From the human T2T-CHM13v2.0 reference genome, Homo sapiens, in NCBI RefSeq assembly GCF_009914755.1, contig NC_060936.1: a stretch of 64,000 nucleotides of DNA. One strand, given 5' to 3'. Below are positions 36,476-49,289 of the stretch, piece by piece. Position 1 is the first letter of the stretch. Each line of letters starts with the position of its first letter. A model generated the notes under the pieces. The model had not been told where the DNA came from. It saw only the letters and a program-made list of their open reading frames with translations, and did no database searches. The position numbers were made by a program, and so were the translations under genes.

Positions 36476-39399
36476 ACCTATTAACAGATGTTCCTTTCCT
36501 TCTTCTCCCTCATTTTTATGGCACATTACCAGTGTTTGGTACTAAATACTAGCTGTTAATTCTCCCTTAGTAGAAGACAATAGAGTAATGCTGAGTTGGT
36601 CTCAGCTATGGGAAACCTTTTGCCCAGAGAGAAAAATTAAGTCTCCTAACAGAAAGCTGGCACTTTCCCTTACTGGGCATCAGCGAAAACCTGATTCCCA
36701 TGGGTAAAGTGAGTAATTGCTAAAGGGAAACAGATCATGTGCATTTACATAGTCAGAGATGTTTTATGGGATTAGGTGGGTGATGAAGAGTAATCATTAT
36801 AATAATTTTACAACCCAGACATAAAAGAGAAAAAGCAGAGAAAGACCAGTTCTCTTGTGAAATATTTGCCATTTAATATCTTTTTATCTTTGGGCAAGCC
36901 AACTTATTTTCTTACAAATAAGCAGTAACTAGACACAGATATTTAAGAGGAGAAATGGACCTTAGATGTTCTGTGGCATAATTTTCCTTTCACATAGGGG
37001 AAAACCAGGACCAGAGCAGCGGATGAAGATGCCAAGATCAGGCACTGCCAATTGTTTTGACTACCTCTAGGGAGATCCTCTCATGACTCACACATTGCCT
37101 CTCTCTTGAAAATGAGTAAAGAGTTGCCCAACCAAATTCTTGAAATAAGGTCAGTTATAAATGCCTATAGCAGCTACCTTCTTTTTTATTATTTAGAAAA
37201 TGATCATTGGAACTTGTTATCAGAAGACACAGGCTGAGAGGGAAGGGATGTATTTTTTCACATGTCAAGGAACCAGGGGTAATATAACATTCACATTCTA
37301 GAGAAAGGTCAAATAATAAATTGCCATAAAATACAGACTGCTCATGAGCTGTTTTGAAATCTTGGCTTCTTGTCAAAAAACTAAAGGTGGAGGAGAGTAA
37401 AATCCATAACTGTGTGCTTTTTGTGTAGGTGTGTTGGACTGAATGTACATATGATTGGATCATAGAGATGATCAAAGAAGTGTATACTATTCCTCAACAG
37501 AAGAGGACAAAAAACGAAATTGACATTTGTTGACATTTCCTTGGCCTTAGAAGTGTTTGTAAATGACAGAGTTAGGATTTGAACCCAGTTCCAGCGAGTT
37601 TAAAGCCCAGGTTATTTCCCAATAAGCCAAAGAAATTTCCAATGCCAACCTATTCCTGGCATCTTTAGCAGCAAGAGTGATTATAGTTTCCACAGACAGA
37701 AATTGTGTACAGAGTTGGGTGAAAGAACAGTAGCTCCAACATGCTTGGCATCAAGGCTGTGACTGCACGAACTATTCCAGGAAAACTAGTCATCACAGGT
37801 GATTGAAAAGAGAAGATATCTTTTAGCAGACTAAAATCTGCAGGCATCTTCATCACTCCTTAATGCAGACAGACAAAACTGATTGGCTAGACTAATAAGA
37901 TCAGACTTTGTTTTGGAAACTAAATGTCTATTAAGACACGCGAGAAGACAAGATTTCCTAAACATAGACTATGAATAGACTATGAATAGTCAAGAGGGAG
38001 GTCGAGGAAAAGGGAATTCCCCTTAACATGGCAGATCAAATATTTAAATTTTAATGACATATTAGATGGACTATAAGAAGTTTTTGTGTTATGAAATAAA
38101 AAGAACTCATTCTTTTAAAAAATGGCAATCCAATATTTATACACGTTCTTCTATCTTATAGCATGACTGAATTCGAAGTGTTCTTGTTCATGTCTCCTTC
38201 TCTGAGAAAGAGTAAGTGCCTCCACAAACACATTCACTGGGAGTCCAGAAGTGGAGAGTATCGTGTTTTCACTGTTCAAGGTCACGTAGTGGTTCCTGGC
38301 CCAAACAAGTAGGAGCTTTCTAAAATTAAAGGCAACTATCCATAAAGGTTCCTTCATCTGCTGTCTCCTAGTCCATTGGCAGGACTTGGCGGGGAAAGCC
38401 CTCTTCTTGATAGAGATATTGGACCTCCAACCTATCTCTTCATCTTCTCCCATACATCTCCTCCATACAGGGTTGTCAGGTCAGTAATCCCTACTGGCCA
38501 TTTAGAAGGTGACATTTATCAATTATAATTAGGTGACTTAGGAGGCTTACTCAACTCCCCAGAATCTCAGTGTCCTCATCTGTGAAACTGGAAATAATAA
38601 AGCCTATTTCATAAACCTAATTCTTCATATTAAATGGGATAACATATATAAAGCACTTAGCACATGCTATGACCCCAGAAGATACAGATTCACAGAGCAG
38701 ATGGAGCACTGCTGTGTCTCATGATACTCAAGCTTGAATATCAAGCTTGACTCCCATTCTGCTAATTCTCCCTCCGGCTACTAGGACATCTTGACTTTCA
38801 GGGTCTGGACTCTGGGCCTTAAGGGAAAGCTAAGACTCGTCCTTGTATTTCTACTTTATGTAGGTAGAAGCTGATCTGCATTAGGGCTGGTTGCTCCCTT
38901 CTCCCCATCTCAAGCCCCAGAATCTCTTCTTGTATTAATCTCTCTCCCAAAGTTCTTGCTGAGGTCAGATTTCATAGTCCTGCTTTTTCAGCACCTGTTC
39001 TTAATTAGTTCAAACTTTTGCAGGTTTTCTTTCAGGCCATATTTTATTTGTTTCCTCAGAAACTCCTCTTAGACTACATCCTTTATCTCCAGACACCTGG
39101 GATCCACATTGATTCTTTTATTTTCCACAATTTCTAACCCTGAACAGCTGCATGAATGTAAGCAAGCTTCTAAGCATAGATGGGTGGGTGGTTGGGATGT
39201 GTACACGTTATTCATTCATTCAGTCATACATTTATTATTTATAAACTACTTATTGAACACTTCCTAGTGCTTGGAATTTTTTTAAAAATCTCAAGCGATA
39301 TGCATATCAATACAAAATAATTTCAGTTCTCAAGAAACTTAATCTTGGGAAGGATAAACAAAAACTTATAATACAATATGGTGCAAGATTTACAATAAA

Positions 39400-39572
39400 G
39401 CAGTGGTTCTCAGCATTGGCTGAATAATAGAACCACCTGGCTATATTATATAGTGATGCTTGACTCCAACTCAGACCAATGAAATCAAAATCCCTGTGAG
39501 TAAGACCTGGGCATTGCTATGTTTTGATAGCTTTCCAGGTGATTCCATTCTGCAGGGAGGTTTGAGAATCCC
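39400..39572 (+). mobile_element. MER5-like hAT element
   Basis: cagtggttctcagcattggctgaataatagaaccacctgg...ccaggtgattcc...gtttgagaatc. Confidence 0.75.
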
Positions 39573-39637
39573 TTGGATAGAGGGAAGTATGGGCTGCCTT
39601 GGGACCACAATTAAGAGGTCCCTACTCTAATTGGTAA

Positions 39638-39975
<338 letters not shown>

Positions 39976-41759
39976 CTGAGCTAAGTCTTGACAAATGAGT
40001 TGCCCAAGTGAAGATGTGGGAAAGCCATTTCAAGGGCAGAGGAACAAGATGAGTTCATAGAACTGCCTGTAATTTTGGGTACAGTTTAGAGAGTGCTAAA
40101 TGCTAAAGCATTTAGCCTGTCTCTGGCAGGCAAAAGGAGAGTCATTGAAGGATTGTTAAAAAGGAAATAATATGGTCAGTATTATATACATCTGAAGTAC
40201 CAAGACATCAGTTGGGGAGCAAATTTTACTTTCATTGCATCTTGCCCCAGCAGAACTATCTCCCTTTAATAAGACCTTTAAAACTGTTGGCACCTCCCTG
40301 GCTTCAAACATTAGAAACAGGAAACTCTACCCATGAGCTAACCTTCACCCCATCCTTTCCTGAAACAAAGAACATCTGTTCTCCCACTTGGATGTGCCTG
40401 GAGTAAAGAGGGGCGCCTAAGTATTCTCAGTTGACTACAGAGAAATGATTGGCGTCACGTAGATTAGTCATACATACATGCAGATGATGACATAGTCAAA
40501 TGTATTGAGACATTTTAGTTCCAAAAAGTAAGTGTTTTGTTTCTGATACAGTGCTGTCACCCTTGGCCAGGGAAACCCAGGGATCATAGCTGCTACAGAT
40601 AAATTATGATTTATTCCTTGGAAGAGGGCCTGAACTCAAAAGAAATTAAGTAGTAATAACACTTGAAAATTCTCTTTCTCCAATTTCAGTATGCAAATCT
40701 ATTTACACATCAACCAAGCCTTTGGGACAGGTTAGTTATTGTTTGTGGTGGTAGTGGTTGTGTTGTTTATGTTTGAGTTTTGTGTTTTTCTTTAATTCTG
40801 AGATACATTATCAATTTAATGACAACTTTGCAGGATAAAAAAGGAGGAGGAGAAAGAAGGGGAGGAAGAGAAAGGGGAAGAGGAGGAGAAGAAGGGAAAA
40901 AAGAGAAAAAATGATTAAATTTAATTTGTGTTCTAATTGTGAAACAATCTAATTTCAAAAATGTTAAAATCTGTGTGTTGGGTTAGAGATGGGAAAAGTA
41001 TGCTGTATAATAAAAAAAAAAAATCCCCAGGAGGAAAATGAAATATTTTTGGAGGTACTAGGAATTTTATAGTCAATGGGATCCAAAGCTGTATTTTTAG
41101 ACAGAGAAATCTGAGGCACAGGTAGACGAGAAATTTTCTTCAAATTCTCGAGGGAATTACTTAGTAGTGAAGCTGGAATCAGAAACCTCATTTCTCAGCC
41201 TCAAGTTTGGTTTGCTTTCCATGACACCCTAGAATATTCCAACTAATATCTGAGAAGCAAAAAAGCATCTCATCCTTTCTACTCATATTTCTGGCTGAGG
41301 GAACTATTCAAAGAGATAAAGTACATGAATAAATAAAAAATGTGTATCACAGCTAAGTACATCTTAGCAAAGAAATAAGCAAAAGACTATGGTGCCTCAG
41401 TTCTCAACACTCTCTTTTGTTCATTTATTTAGTGGCTGTTATCTTGAGTAGGTGATTCTTGCATATCAAATTGCATTTTGGTGTGTCAAAGTGACTGGTT
41501 TTACTTGTTTGTTGGTTCCTAAAGCTAATTATTATTTTTAACACCTTTTGATATGCTAAATCAGGCTAATGAGACTAAAATGGGATTTCTCATGGGTTTA
41601 TTAGTCATCAACACCATCTTACATATGTGTATATATGTTTTAATGCTTTCAAAGTGTAAATAAATGATTATACTTGAGACCCATACAAATATCATAAAGC
41701 AGCTTTTTCCTTAGTATTCCTCCTAGAAAATAGATATTTCATTGGCAGAGTCGTGGTGA

Positions 41760-42240
41760 AAGATGTGGTGTCATACAATAAATTTACTTCAGCCAGCTGT
41801 GCGAGCTTAAGTTACCCAGTTCTTTTCTGCCTCAGTGGCCTCCTCTGTAATATGGACTGATAGGGGATCTCACATGCCTGTGTTTAGAATTAAGTCGGAT
41901 AATTCATGTAAAGTGCTTAGCAAGTCACCTGGCCTATTATAACTAGCCATTATTGTTTGCTAGAACATTTATCTGTTCACAAATTATGCATTGATTGCCT
42001 ATAATAACTAAACTTGAGGAATGCTTATTACGTACCACGTACTATTCGAAGCACATCACAAGTAGTAACTCATTTCATTTTTATAATGACTCTTTGAGGT
42101 AAGAACTATTATTACCATCTCTGCTTTACAAATGAGGAAATTGAGGCATAGAGACGTAAAGTCACTTGTTCAAAGCCTAGCATCTGGGAAACAGTAGAGG
42201 TGGGACTCAAACTCAGAAAGCCTGGCTATAGGCTCTGCTC
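41760..42240. mobile_element. Two MIR SINEs in opposite orientation
   Basis: gcctcagtggcctcctctgtaatatggg...gtaaagtgcttagca (+), then tttacaaatgaggaaattgaggcatagaga (-). Confidence 0.75.
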
Positions 42241-44961
42241 TGCTGTCTCCCGGGATTGGCCACATGCTAAGCATTGGGGCAACAGCAATGAGGCCCATAG
42301 GGTTTCTGCTCTCAAGGAGATCACTATAAATCAGCCCCGGGAGATGATCCCTAAAAGAGAAGTACGTCGTTTGCAAAATGACAGCACAGACGCACGAGTT
42401 CTGAACTCTTCCTCAGAGTTTGGGGAAGTTGTTTAGCCCTGCTTTCTGCCCTCTCTATGGGTCACACACATACTCCGAGTGAAGAATGACGGAGTTACCC
42501 ATCTTCTGGCTCCTTCCCGTGACACTGGCTACCCTATGCTAAAAACCAGCCCCCAGATTCCACATCCCTGAATGTCTTATTTACAGGTTCTGTCATTTTC
42601 ATGATAACCTTTCTAATGTTCTAAATTTCCTTTCTGTGGGTTGTCAAGCAAATTCATTCTCGGCAGTCAGTAAGAACTCCTTGTTCAAAATGCCACACAT
42701 TACAGAGTCAATGATTCTAAACACATTTTTTTTTAGTGCATCCAACTTATAAGCTGCAGTGCTAGAAACAAATTCACACTCCCTTTACACTACAGTGCCA
42801 TCTTTTCCGAGGGTGGGGCTCGCGTTTCTTCACCATCCAGTTTCTCATACGTAGATTATGATTTCTGCTTTTGCCAAACAGGACATTGTTTGACCAAGTC
42901 CTTATGGGAGGAAGCACAGCCCAGTGAGCAGAACAATGATTTGAAAGTCCTGGGTTCTATTTTCAGCTCCTCTGTTGACTAGCTGCGCATTCAGCCCTAG
43001 GAAGGTCAAAAGCAGAATGGCCTTGCTTTGACGACTTTCTCTGCATGTACAGCTCTAGATGGAAAATATATCAGGCATCTGGCTCTCAGCCTTGAGGAGC
43101 TGGTCTTTGGAGAATACATGTGTAGTCACACTTTGTTTTCATTTTTAAAGCAAAAGAACAAAACAAACTCTCTAGGGGGAAAATGGGCTGGTAGAGAATG
43201 GAAGAGAGAAACCTAATAACATTTTAAACAATCCAGGAGTTAAGGGATTGCTTGAGTCATTCAGATCAAAGAAGGCTCTTTGGCACAAGTTGGAGTCTCT
43301 GGCATTTGAAAATGGAAGAGGCAAAGAGGAGGAAGCTTTGAGAGACTTTTTCAAACCGGGACGGTAGCAGATACTCAGAACTCTGCCTGTAGGGACCAGG
43401 CGGGGAACTCAGGCAGGTTAAGGCCTGTGGGCAAACTGGAAAGCCCAGGCCACCTGTGAAGTGGTCTGCTGCTAGTGATACCAGATGCTTGTTGTGGAAG
43501 AAGGAAGTTACTCTTGCCAGAACAGCTGAATTTTCAAGAGAAACTGAACATTGAGATTTTTGTCATTAGAACCCCTGATTTTTTTACATGATGAAATCTA
43601 ATCATCATTTTTAAACTTTTAAAGGGGCACTGAGCAGGCAAGATCAAACATATAGCCTAAGCAATGTACTCCCCATGTCTCTTCTATATGTAGATGGGGT
43701 GTGGTTCCTTAAGGGCTTTAGTTGTATGTTCTGTGAATGAATAGAGGCTAGATTCCAGACAAAAATGATTAGCAGTGACTCAACTTTAGCTGCACTTTGG
43801 AATACCTGGGTGTTACCTGGGACTGCAGCCTGAGCACTGGGATTTTATAAATGCTTCTCAAGTGATTCCAGCATGCAACCATGAATAAGAACCACTATGT
43901 TAGGATATTGCGAGAAGGTTTAAGCATTACAGAAAGTTGGGTTTTAACTTGATAAGATACATAATCTTATCAAGACACATGTGATCTCTGAACATGGATC
44001 AGGGAATTGACATTCAATATAAATGGCATTTTCTTTTCTTTTTTTAGACTCTTTTGAGAGTTCCAGTTAAAAACTCTCTAGCATCATTGCTGATGGCCGT
44101 AATTAATATCTTTGGGTTCATTAGCAATCAGCTAACAACAGACATCCATTGGCAAAACAAGGGTATAGTTGTAGAGGTCAAACACAACGAAAGCCAAAGG
44201 ACAAGTGCAAGCCCTGAGCACAGATAAGTATTTACAGGGAAAATTAACTTTTTTTCTGATGGCCATGAAGCAAAATAGACAGTAGAGCAAAGGGAGCCTT
44301 TTACAAGAGCAGTTCAATCTTTGTCCACATTCTAATGGCTATAAAACTCACCATGAAGCTAGCAAATGGTGCATACAACTAATACTTTCAGTCTTTTCTT
44401 CCTTATTTCACAGGTCTTATGCATTATAAATAACACGACTAAGTCTCAGCGGTTGTATCCATGGCTAGTTCTTATTTCAGCTTTGGTTCCTCTTGCTATT
44501 TACTATGTTTCTCATAAAAGATGTTAGTGTGGATTGAGTATATGAAATCATGTACAATGGAATGTTAAATGGGGCATTCCCTCTTGTCTAGGTATATCAG
44601 AAGAGGCCCAATACACTTGGTGCCAAGGAAGCTCACCTTCTAAAACCAGATGGTAGCTTGCCTATAAAAGGATACACTAAGAGGTTCTACCCAAGTTATC
44701 ACATTGGCAGCCTCCAGCTTATCAAGAGAGACTTTAAAGAACTTGGCAGTGGGGATCTTTCTAGAGGGCGTTGTCAATTTAGGAAGCATCTTCGTCTTCA
44801 TGCCTCACCTTTCCGATAAGTTTGTTTCTTCCTTAATGCAAACAAAATGAGAGACACTTTGATGGGACCACTTGCAGAGCTTGACATGTGTCATCTGGAT
44901 TTTAACAGACAGATATCATTGAGATATCTGACTCACACCTGAAAACACTGTAACTAGAACT

Positions 44962-44962
44962 A

Positions 44963-45014
<52 letters not shown>

Positions 45015-45015
45015 T
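44962..45015. repeat. (CT)n microsatellite
   Basis: About 54 bp of CT repeat with one TT interruption. Confidence 0.97.
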
Positions 45016-45453
45016 TATGCCTGAAACAGAGCTATGTGGAGGCTAAGCAGGACTTCCAAAATTTGAAACAAATAAGGAACCTGTTCAAAGAAGGCAGATT
45101 GAGGCATCTTGAAAGAAATTGCCTGGCAGGGTGTCATGACTCCATTAGGGGGAACGTACCATTTGAAGCCAAGAGAATAAAGAAGTCATGGATGACTAGC
45201 TTGAGAAGGCGTAACTGGAGTCAGGGAAACAGTTACTGAGAGAGATGTCCTGCAATGTAGGGAAAAAGAGGGAGCTTCCCCAAACTCAACACAATGCTCT
45301 ATGAAACACACATCAGTTGGGATGTTCACTAAACTCAGAGGATCACAATGACAGATTATAAGAGCGCCAGTCAAGTTAGAACTTCTTATTCCATCTTACG
45401 ACCTTCCTCTTCCTCCCCTACACTCCTCTGTATTCTTCCTCTTGCTCCCCCAC

Positions 45454-45698
45454 AGCCTCTATACTCTGAGAAGCAGTCTCTTGCTCTGCTCCTTCTGTGA
45501 ATTGTTAATTCAATTATTTCAAATTTCTCACTTCATTCTCTGTCTAGTGGGTGTGAGTCCTGGGTGTCTGGGGATCTCATATGTGATTTATTGTGGTCAG
45601 AATGCAAAAATATAGGCAAAATCATAACATAGTAGTTAAATTTATAATTATTTGGATTATTGAAATACATCTATAAAAAGTATTTTATAATTTGTTTT
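45454..45698 (+). repeat. Copy 1 of an about 245-bp local direct duplication
   Basis: Colinear with 47899-48143 over its whole length, with scattered substitutions. Confidence 0.93.
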
Positions 45699-46331
45699 GA
45701 ATACTTTGTCTTTGGAGAGGCCAGAAATCACAGACAGGAAAGGAGGAGGAGATAGAGAGAGGAGAAGATGGGGAAACCAACCTGGCCTCTCCTCCTACTC
45801 CTGGATTTCCAATCTGATAACAGAGTTGTGAGAAAAGACAGAGCTTAAGTTTACATGGATAAGACTTTTGACTAGACTTTTTACTACCTTGGAAAAAAGC
45901 TTTTTTAAAAAATTTATTACCTGTTGGTAATCAGAAAAGCCAAGAGAGAACTACTCAGAGTTTTATTAGTTAGAGGAACCTGGGGATTGAGGGTGAGTAC
46001 TCAAAATGTCAGGTTTGGAGGGGCAGAAGCAAAATTTAAAAAATTGTTTATACCTGCAACCTGTCAAGTCCAGTTTACACAATAATACAAAATAAACCAA
46101 TTTAACTTGAACACATAAAATGTTTTCATGATGTGGATTCAATTTAACAAGGGCACAACATGATACCACAGTCATCTTTCAAAATTCTCATCTTTAGGAT
46201 TCAGCTTTGGTACCTTAAAGATATATTGGGTTACAGCAACATTTCTGCAGGAAGCTAATATGTATTCCTTAAAAAGAGTTCCATGATCAAAGATATTGGT
46301 GACAAACTTGTTCACTCAAAAAATAAATAGA

Positions 46332-46625
46332 GGCCAGCCATGGTGGCTCATGCCTGTAATCCCAGAACTTTGGCAGGACAAGGCAGGAGGATCACTTGAG
46401 CCCCAGAGTTGGAAACCAGCCTAGACAATATAGCAAGACCCTGTCTCTAAAAAAGAAATAGCTGAAAGTGGTGGCATGTGCCTGTAGTCCCAGCTACTTG
46501 GGAGGCTGAGGTGTGATGATCATCTGAGTCCAGGAATTTAAAGCTGCTGTGAACTATGAAGGCTCCATTGCACCCCAGCCTGGGTGACAGAGCAAGACCC
46601 TACCTCAAAAAGTAAAATAAATAAA
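46332..46625 (+). mobile_element. AluJ SINE
   Basis: ggaggatcacttgagccc...gcaagaccctgtctct (AluJ-type), diverged dimer. Confidence 0.9.
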
Positions 46626-47898
46626 TAAGTAAGTAGGGGTTTTTTTTGTTGTTTTTTGTTTTGTTTTGTTTTTAACTGTAGGTCTCCTAGAATGTTTTAA
46701 TGTGTGTTGTAAGGGAACAATTCTATAAGAAAGAATACCTGGTGGTGGCATTTTCAAGCTCATTTGTTCAAAGGCTGTTATTATTCCCAAATATTTAGGC
46801 TTCCATTTATTAAATATTTGCTGAACATCTACCATGTGCAGGCATGGGGGATGGGTGTTGGGGTTTAATTAAATATATCAAATGGGCTCCTCTCACTCAA
46901 AGATCTTATGATCTAATGGATTGCTTATTTTAGTCCTCATCTTAGTTTGAAAATCTCTTTGGAGAGATCTGTTCTATGCCATTTTTCAGATTTCTGCCAC
47001 TGCAAAACTATTTGTTAACACAAAAATACGAATTACCTGAGGAAGAAGTTGTGTTGTAAAATAGATGTGTTTTTATAAAACAAAATTTAAAAGTGCATTC
47101 ACAACCAAGCATAACAAATATGCTTTGGTCACCTTTCCTTTCTGTCCTTGATCAACTTCAGCTGATTATGGAAAATTCTTGATAAAGTTATAAAGTCATC
47201 CACCTCTTTTTTCTCTAGGTCTAACTCCTTTCCTTGTATTGGACGTCAAATCCCCACATTCTACTCTTTCTGCTCCCTCAGAAAAGATCTGACATCAGTC
47301 ATTCGGATTGGTGTGGGCTTCCTGTGAGACATTTTGACAAAGGTTTTCTTTATGTGTTAGCACTGAACAGTTTTGGCAATTTTCTTCCCCTTCACCAGCC
47401 TACTACACATGACCACACAGGTGTTTACATATGTACATACACACACGGGCACACTTACCTTCCTTCAAAACAGGCCAAATGCAACATCTTGTCTCCTTCT
47501 TGCAGGCAAAGTAGGAGACCTGTGTTGAGTGACAGAATTCCTTTACCTTCTGGGCTATAGCATCCCAGAGAATGTCCTCACCTGGGAGTTTTCTATGCAT
47601 GGCTTTCCTTGATTCCCAGGAAGATCTACATCCAGTTAACTTAACTATGGCAGCTGAATCCTGACAATGGTGTGAAGGAAAACATGGTGGATACAAATGA
47701 GCACCATGGGTACAGCTTGATGATGTCCAGCTTTATGCATAATGTGGACTGGCAGGGTCTTTGATCATGCCTCAATAGCTGTGAAGATAGCAGATGGCAA
47801 AAGAAGTGGTAGGTTCTAAGTAGGTTCCCCTTCTCTACTGGTTGCCACAGACTCAAAAGGAATTTTTACTACAGGAAGGGACCCAAATATTCTAGCCT

Positions 47899-48143
47899 AG
47901 CCTCTATACTCTGAAAAGCAGTCTCTTGCTCTACTCCCTCTGTGAATTGTTAATTCAATTCTTTCAAATTTCTCAATGGATTCTCTGTCTAGTGGGTGTG
48001 GGTCCTGGGTGTCTGGGGATCTCATACATGATTTCTTGCGGTCAAAATACAAAAATGTAGGCAAAATTATAACATAGTAGTTGAATTTATAATTATTTGG
48101 ATTATTGAAGTACATCCATAAAAAGTATTTTATAAGTTGTTTT
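47899..48143 (+). repeat. Copy 2 of the about 245-bp local direct duplication
   Basis: agcctctatactctga...ataaaaagtattttataa.ttgtttt shared with 45454-45698. Confidence 0.93.
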
Positions 48144-48417
48144 AAGGCCTTGACCTGTTCAACATATTTCTTAAATGTATCTCAATTCCTTCTACATTTT
48201 GCTATCATACGTATCGCCATTTATGTCTAGGCTACCATCATCTAAGACCACAATAATAGGTACCAACTTATCTTCCCACTTTTGTCCTCTGCAATTGAAA
48301 AATAAATCAGGGTTTTTACTTCTGACCAAAATGGAGGTCTCAGGTGTTTGACTAAAGGTAGTATAGCACTGTGATGCTAAAATAAGGGAAAGCAATGACG
48401 TGACATTGAGTGATTGT

Positions 48418-48537
48418 GAGTGGCCAACCATCCCCATTCTCCTAGTTTGCTTGGGACTGAGGGAGTTCCCAGAACATGAGACTTTCACTGCTACCACTGA
48501 AAATGTCCTGGCCAAACCAGGATAAGTTGTTCATCTG
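48418..48537. mobile_element. MER94-like hAT-Blackjack MITE
   Basis: gtggccaaccat...gtttgcttgggactgagggagttccc...gactttcactgcta...ggccaaaccaggataagttgttcatct. Confidence 0.65.
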
Positions 48538-48793
48538 AAAGCCCTGTGTTTTTACCAATTGACAGCTTGTAGAAAGTTTCCAGTCTGTAGTACAGGAAGG
48601 AGAGACTCTTATATAGCTTGCCAGGCTTGAGTTGAGGAGATAGAAGCAAAAATTTAGAGAGACAAGGAGGCTAGAATTTGAAGGGTGAGTAGTAAAAGGA
48701 AGAAAGCTGAACAAAGAGGGAGACAGTAGACTACAGATGTGCAGAAGGGTCCCTTTCAGTTAATTGAGTTCTGATCTCACCATTCATGAGAGG

Positions 48794-49266
48794 TGTCTTA
48801 GTCTGTTCTGTGTTTCTATAATGGAATAGCTGACACTGGGTAATTTATCAAGAAAAGAGGTTTATTTCAATCATGCTTCTGGAGGTTGGGAAGTCCACAA
48901 AGCATAGCACCAGAATCCACTTGGCTTCTCGTGAGGGCCTGTGCTGCAACAGAACATGACAAGAAGTAGAAGGGGAAGCAGACAGAGATCAAACACAAGA
49001 GGCACCCCACTCTCCTAAGAACTAATCCATCCCTGTGAGAGCTAATTCAATCTTGTGAGAGCAAGATGGCACTTCTCACAATCTTGTGAGAGTAAGAACC
49101 CACTGACCACCGTGAGAATCGCACCAAGCTTCCCATGAAGGCAGAACCCTCATGACCCAAATGTCTCCCATTAGATTCCACATCTTAAAGTTCCATCTCC
49201 TGGCATTGCTGCACTGGGAATTAAGGTTCCAACATGAGTTGTGGAGGAGACACTCAAACCATAGCA
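48794..49266 (-). mobile_element. MaLR LTR (MSTB/C-like)
   Basis: tgtcttagtctgttctgtg...cactgggtaatttat...ttccaacatgagttgtggaggagacactcaaaccatagca. Confidence 0.85.
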
Positions 49267-49289
49267 AGAGGCAACTATCTGAGACTGGG

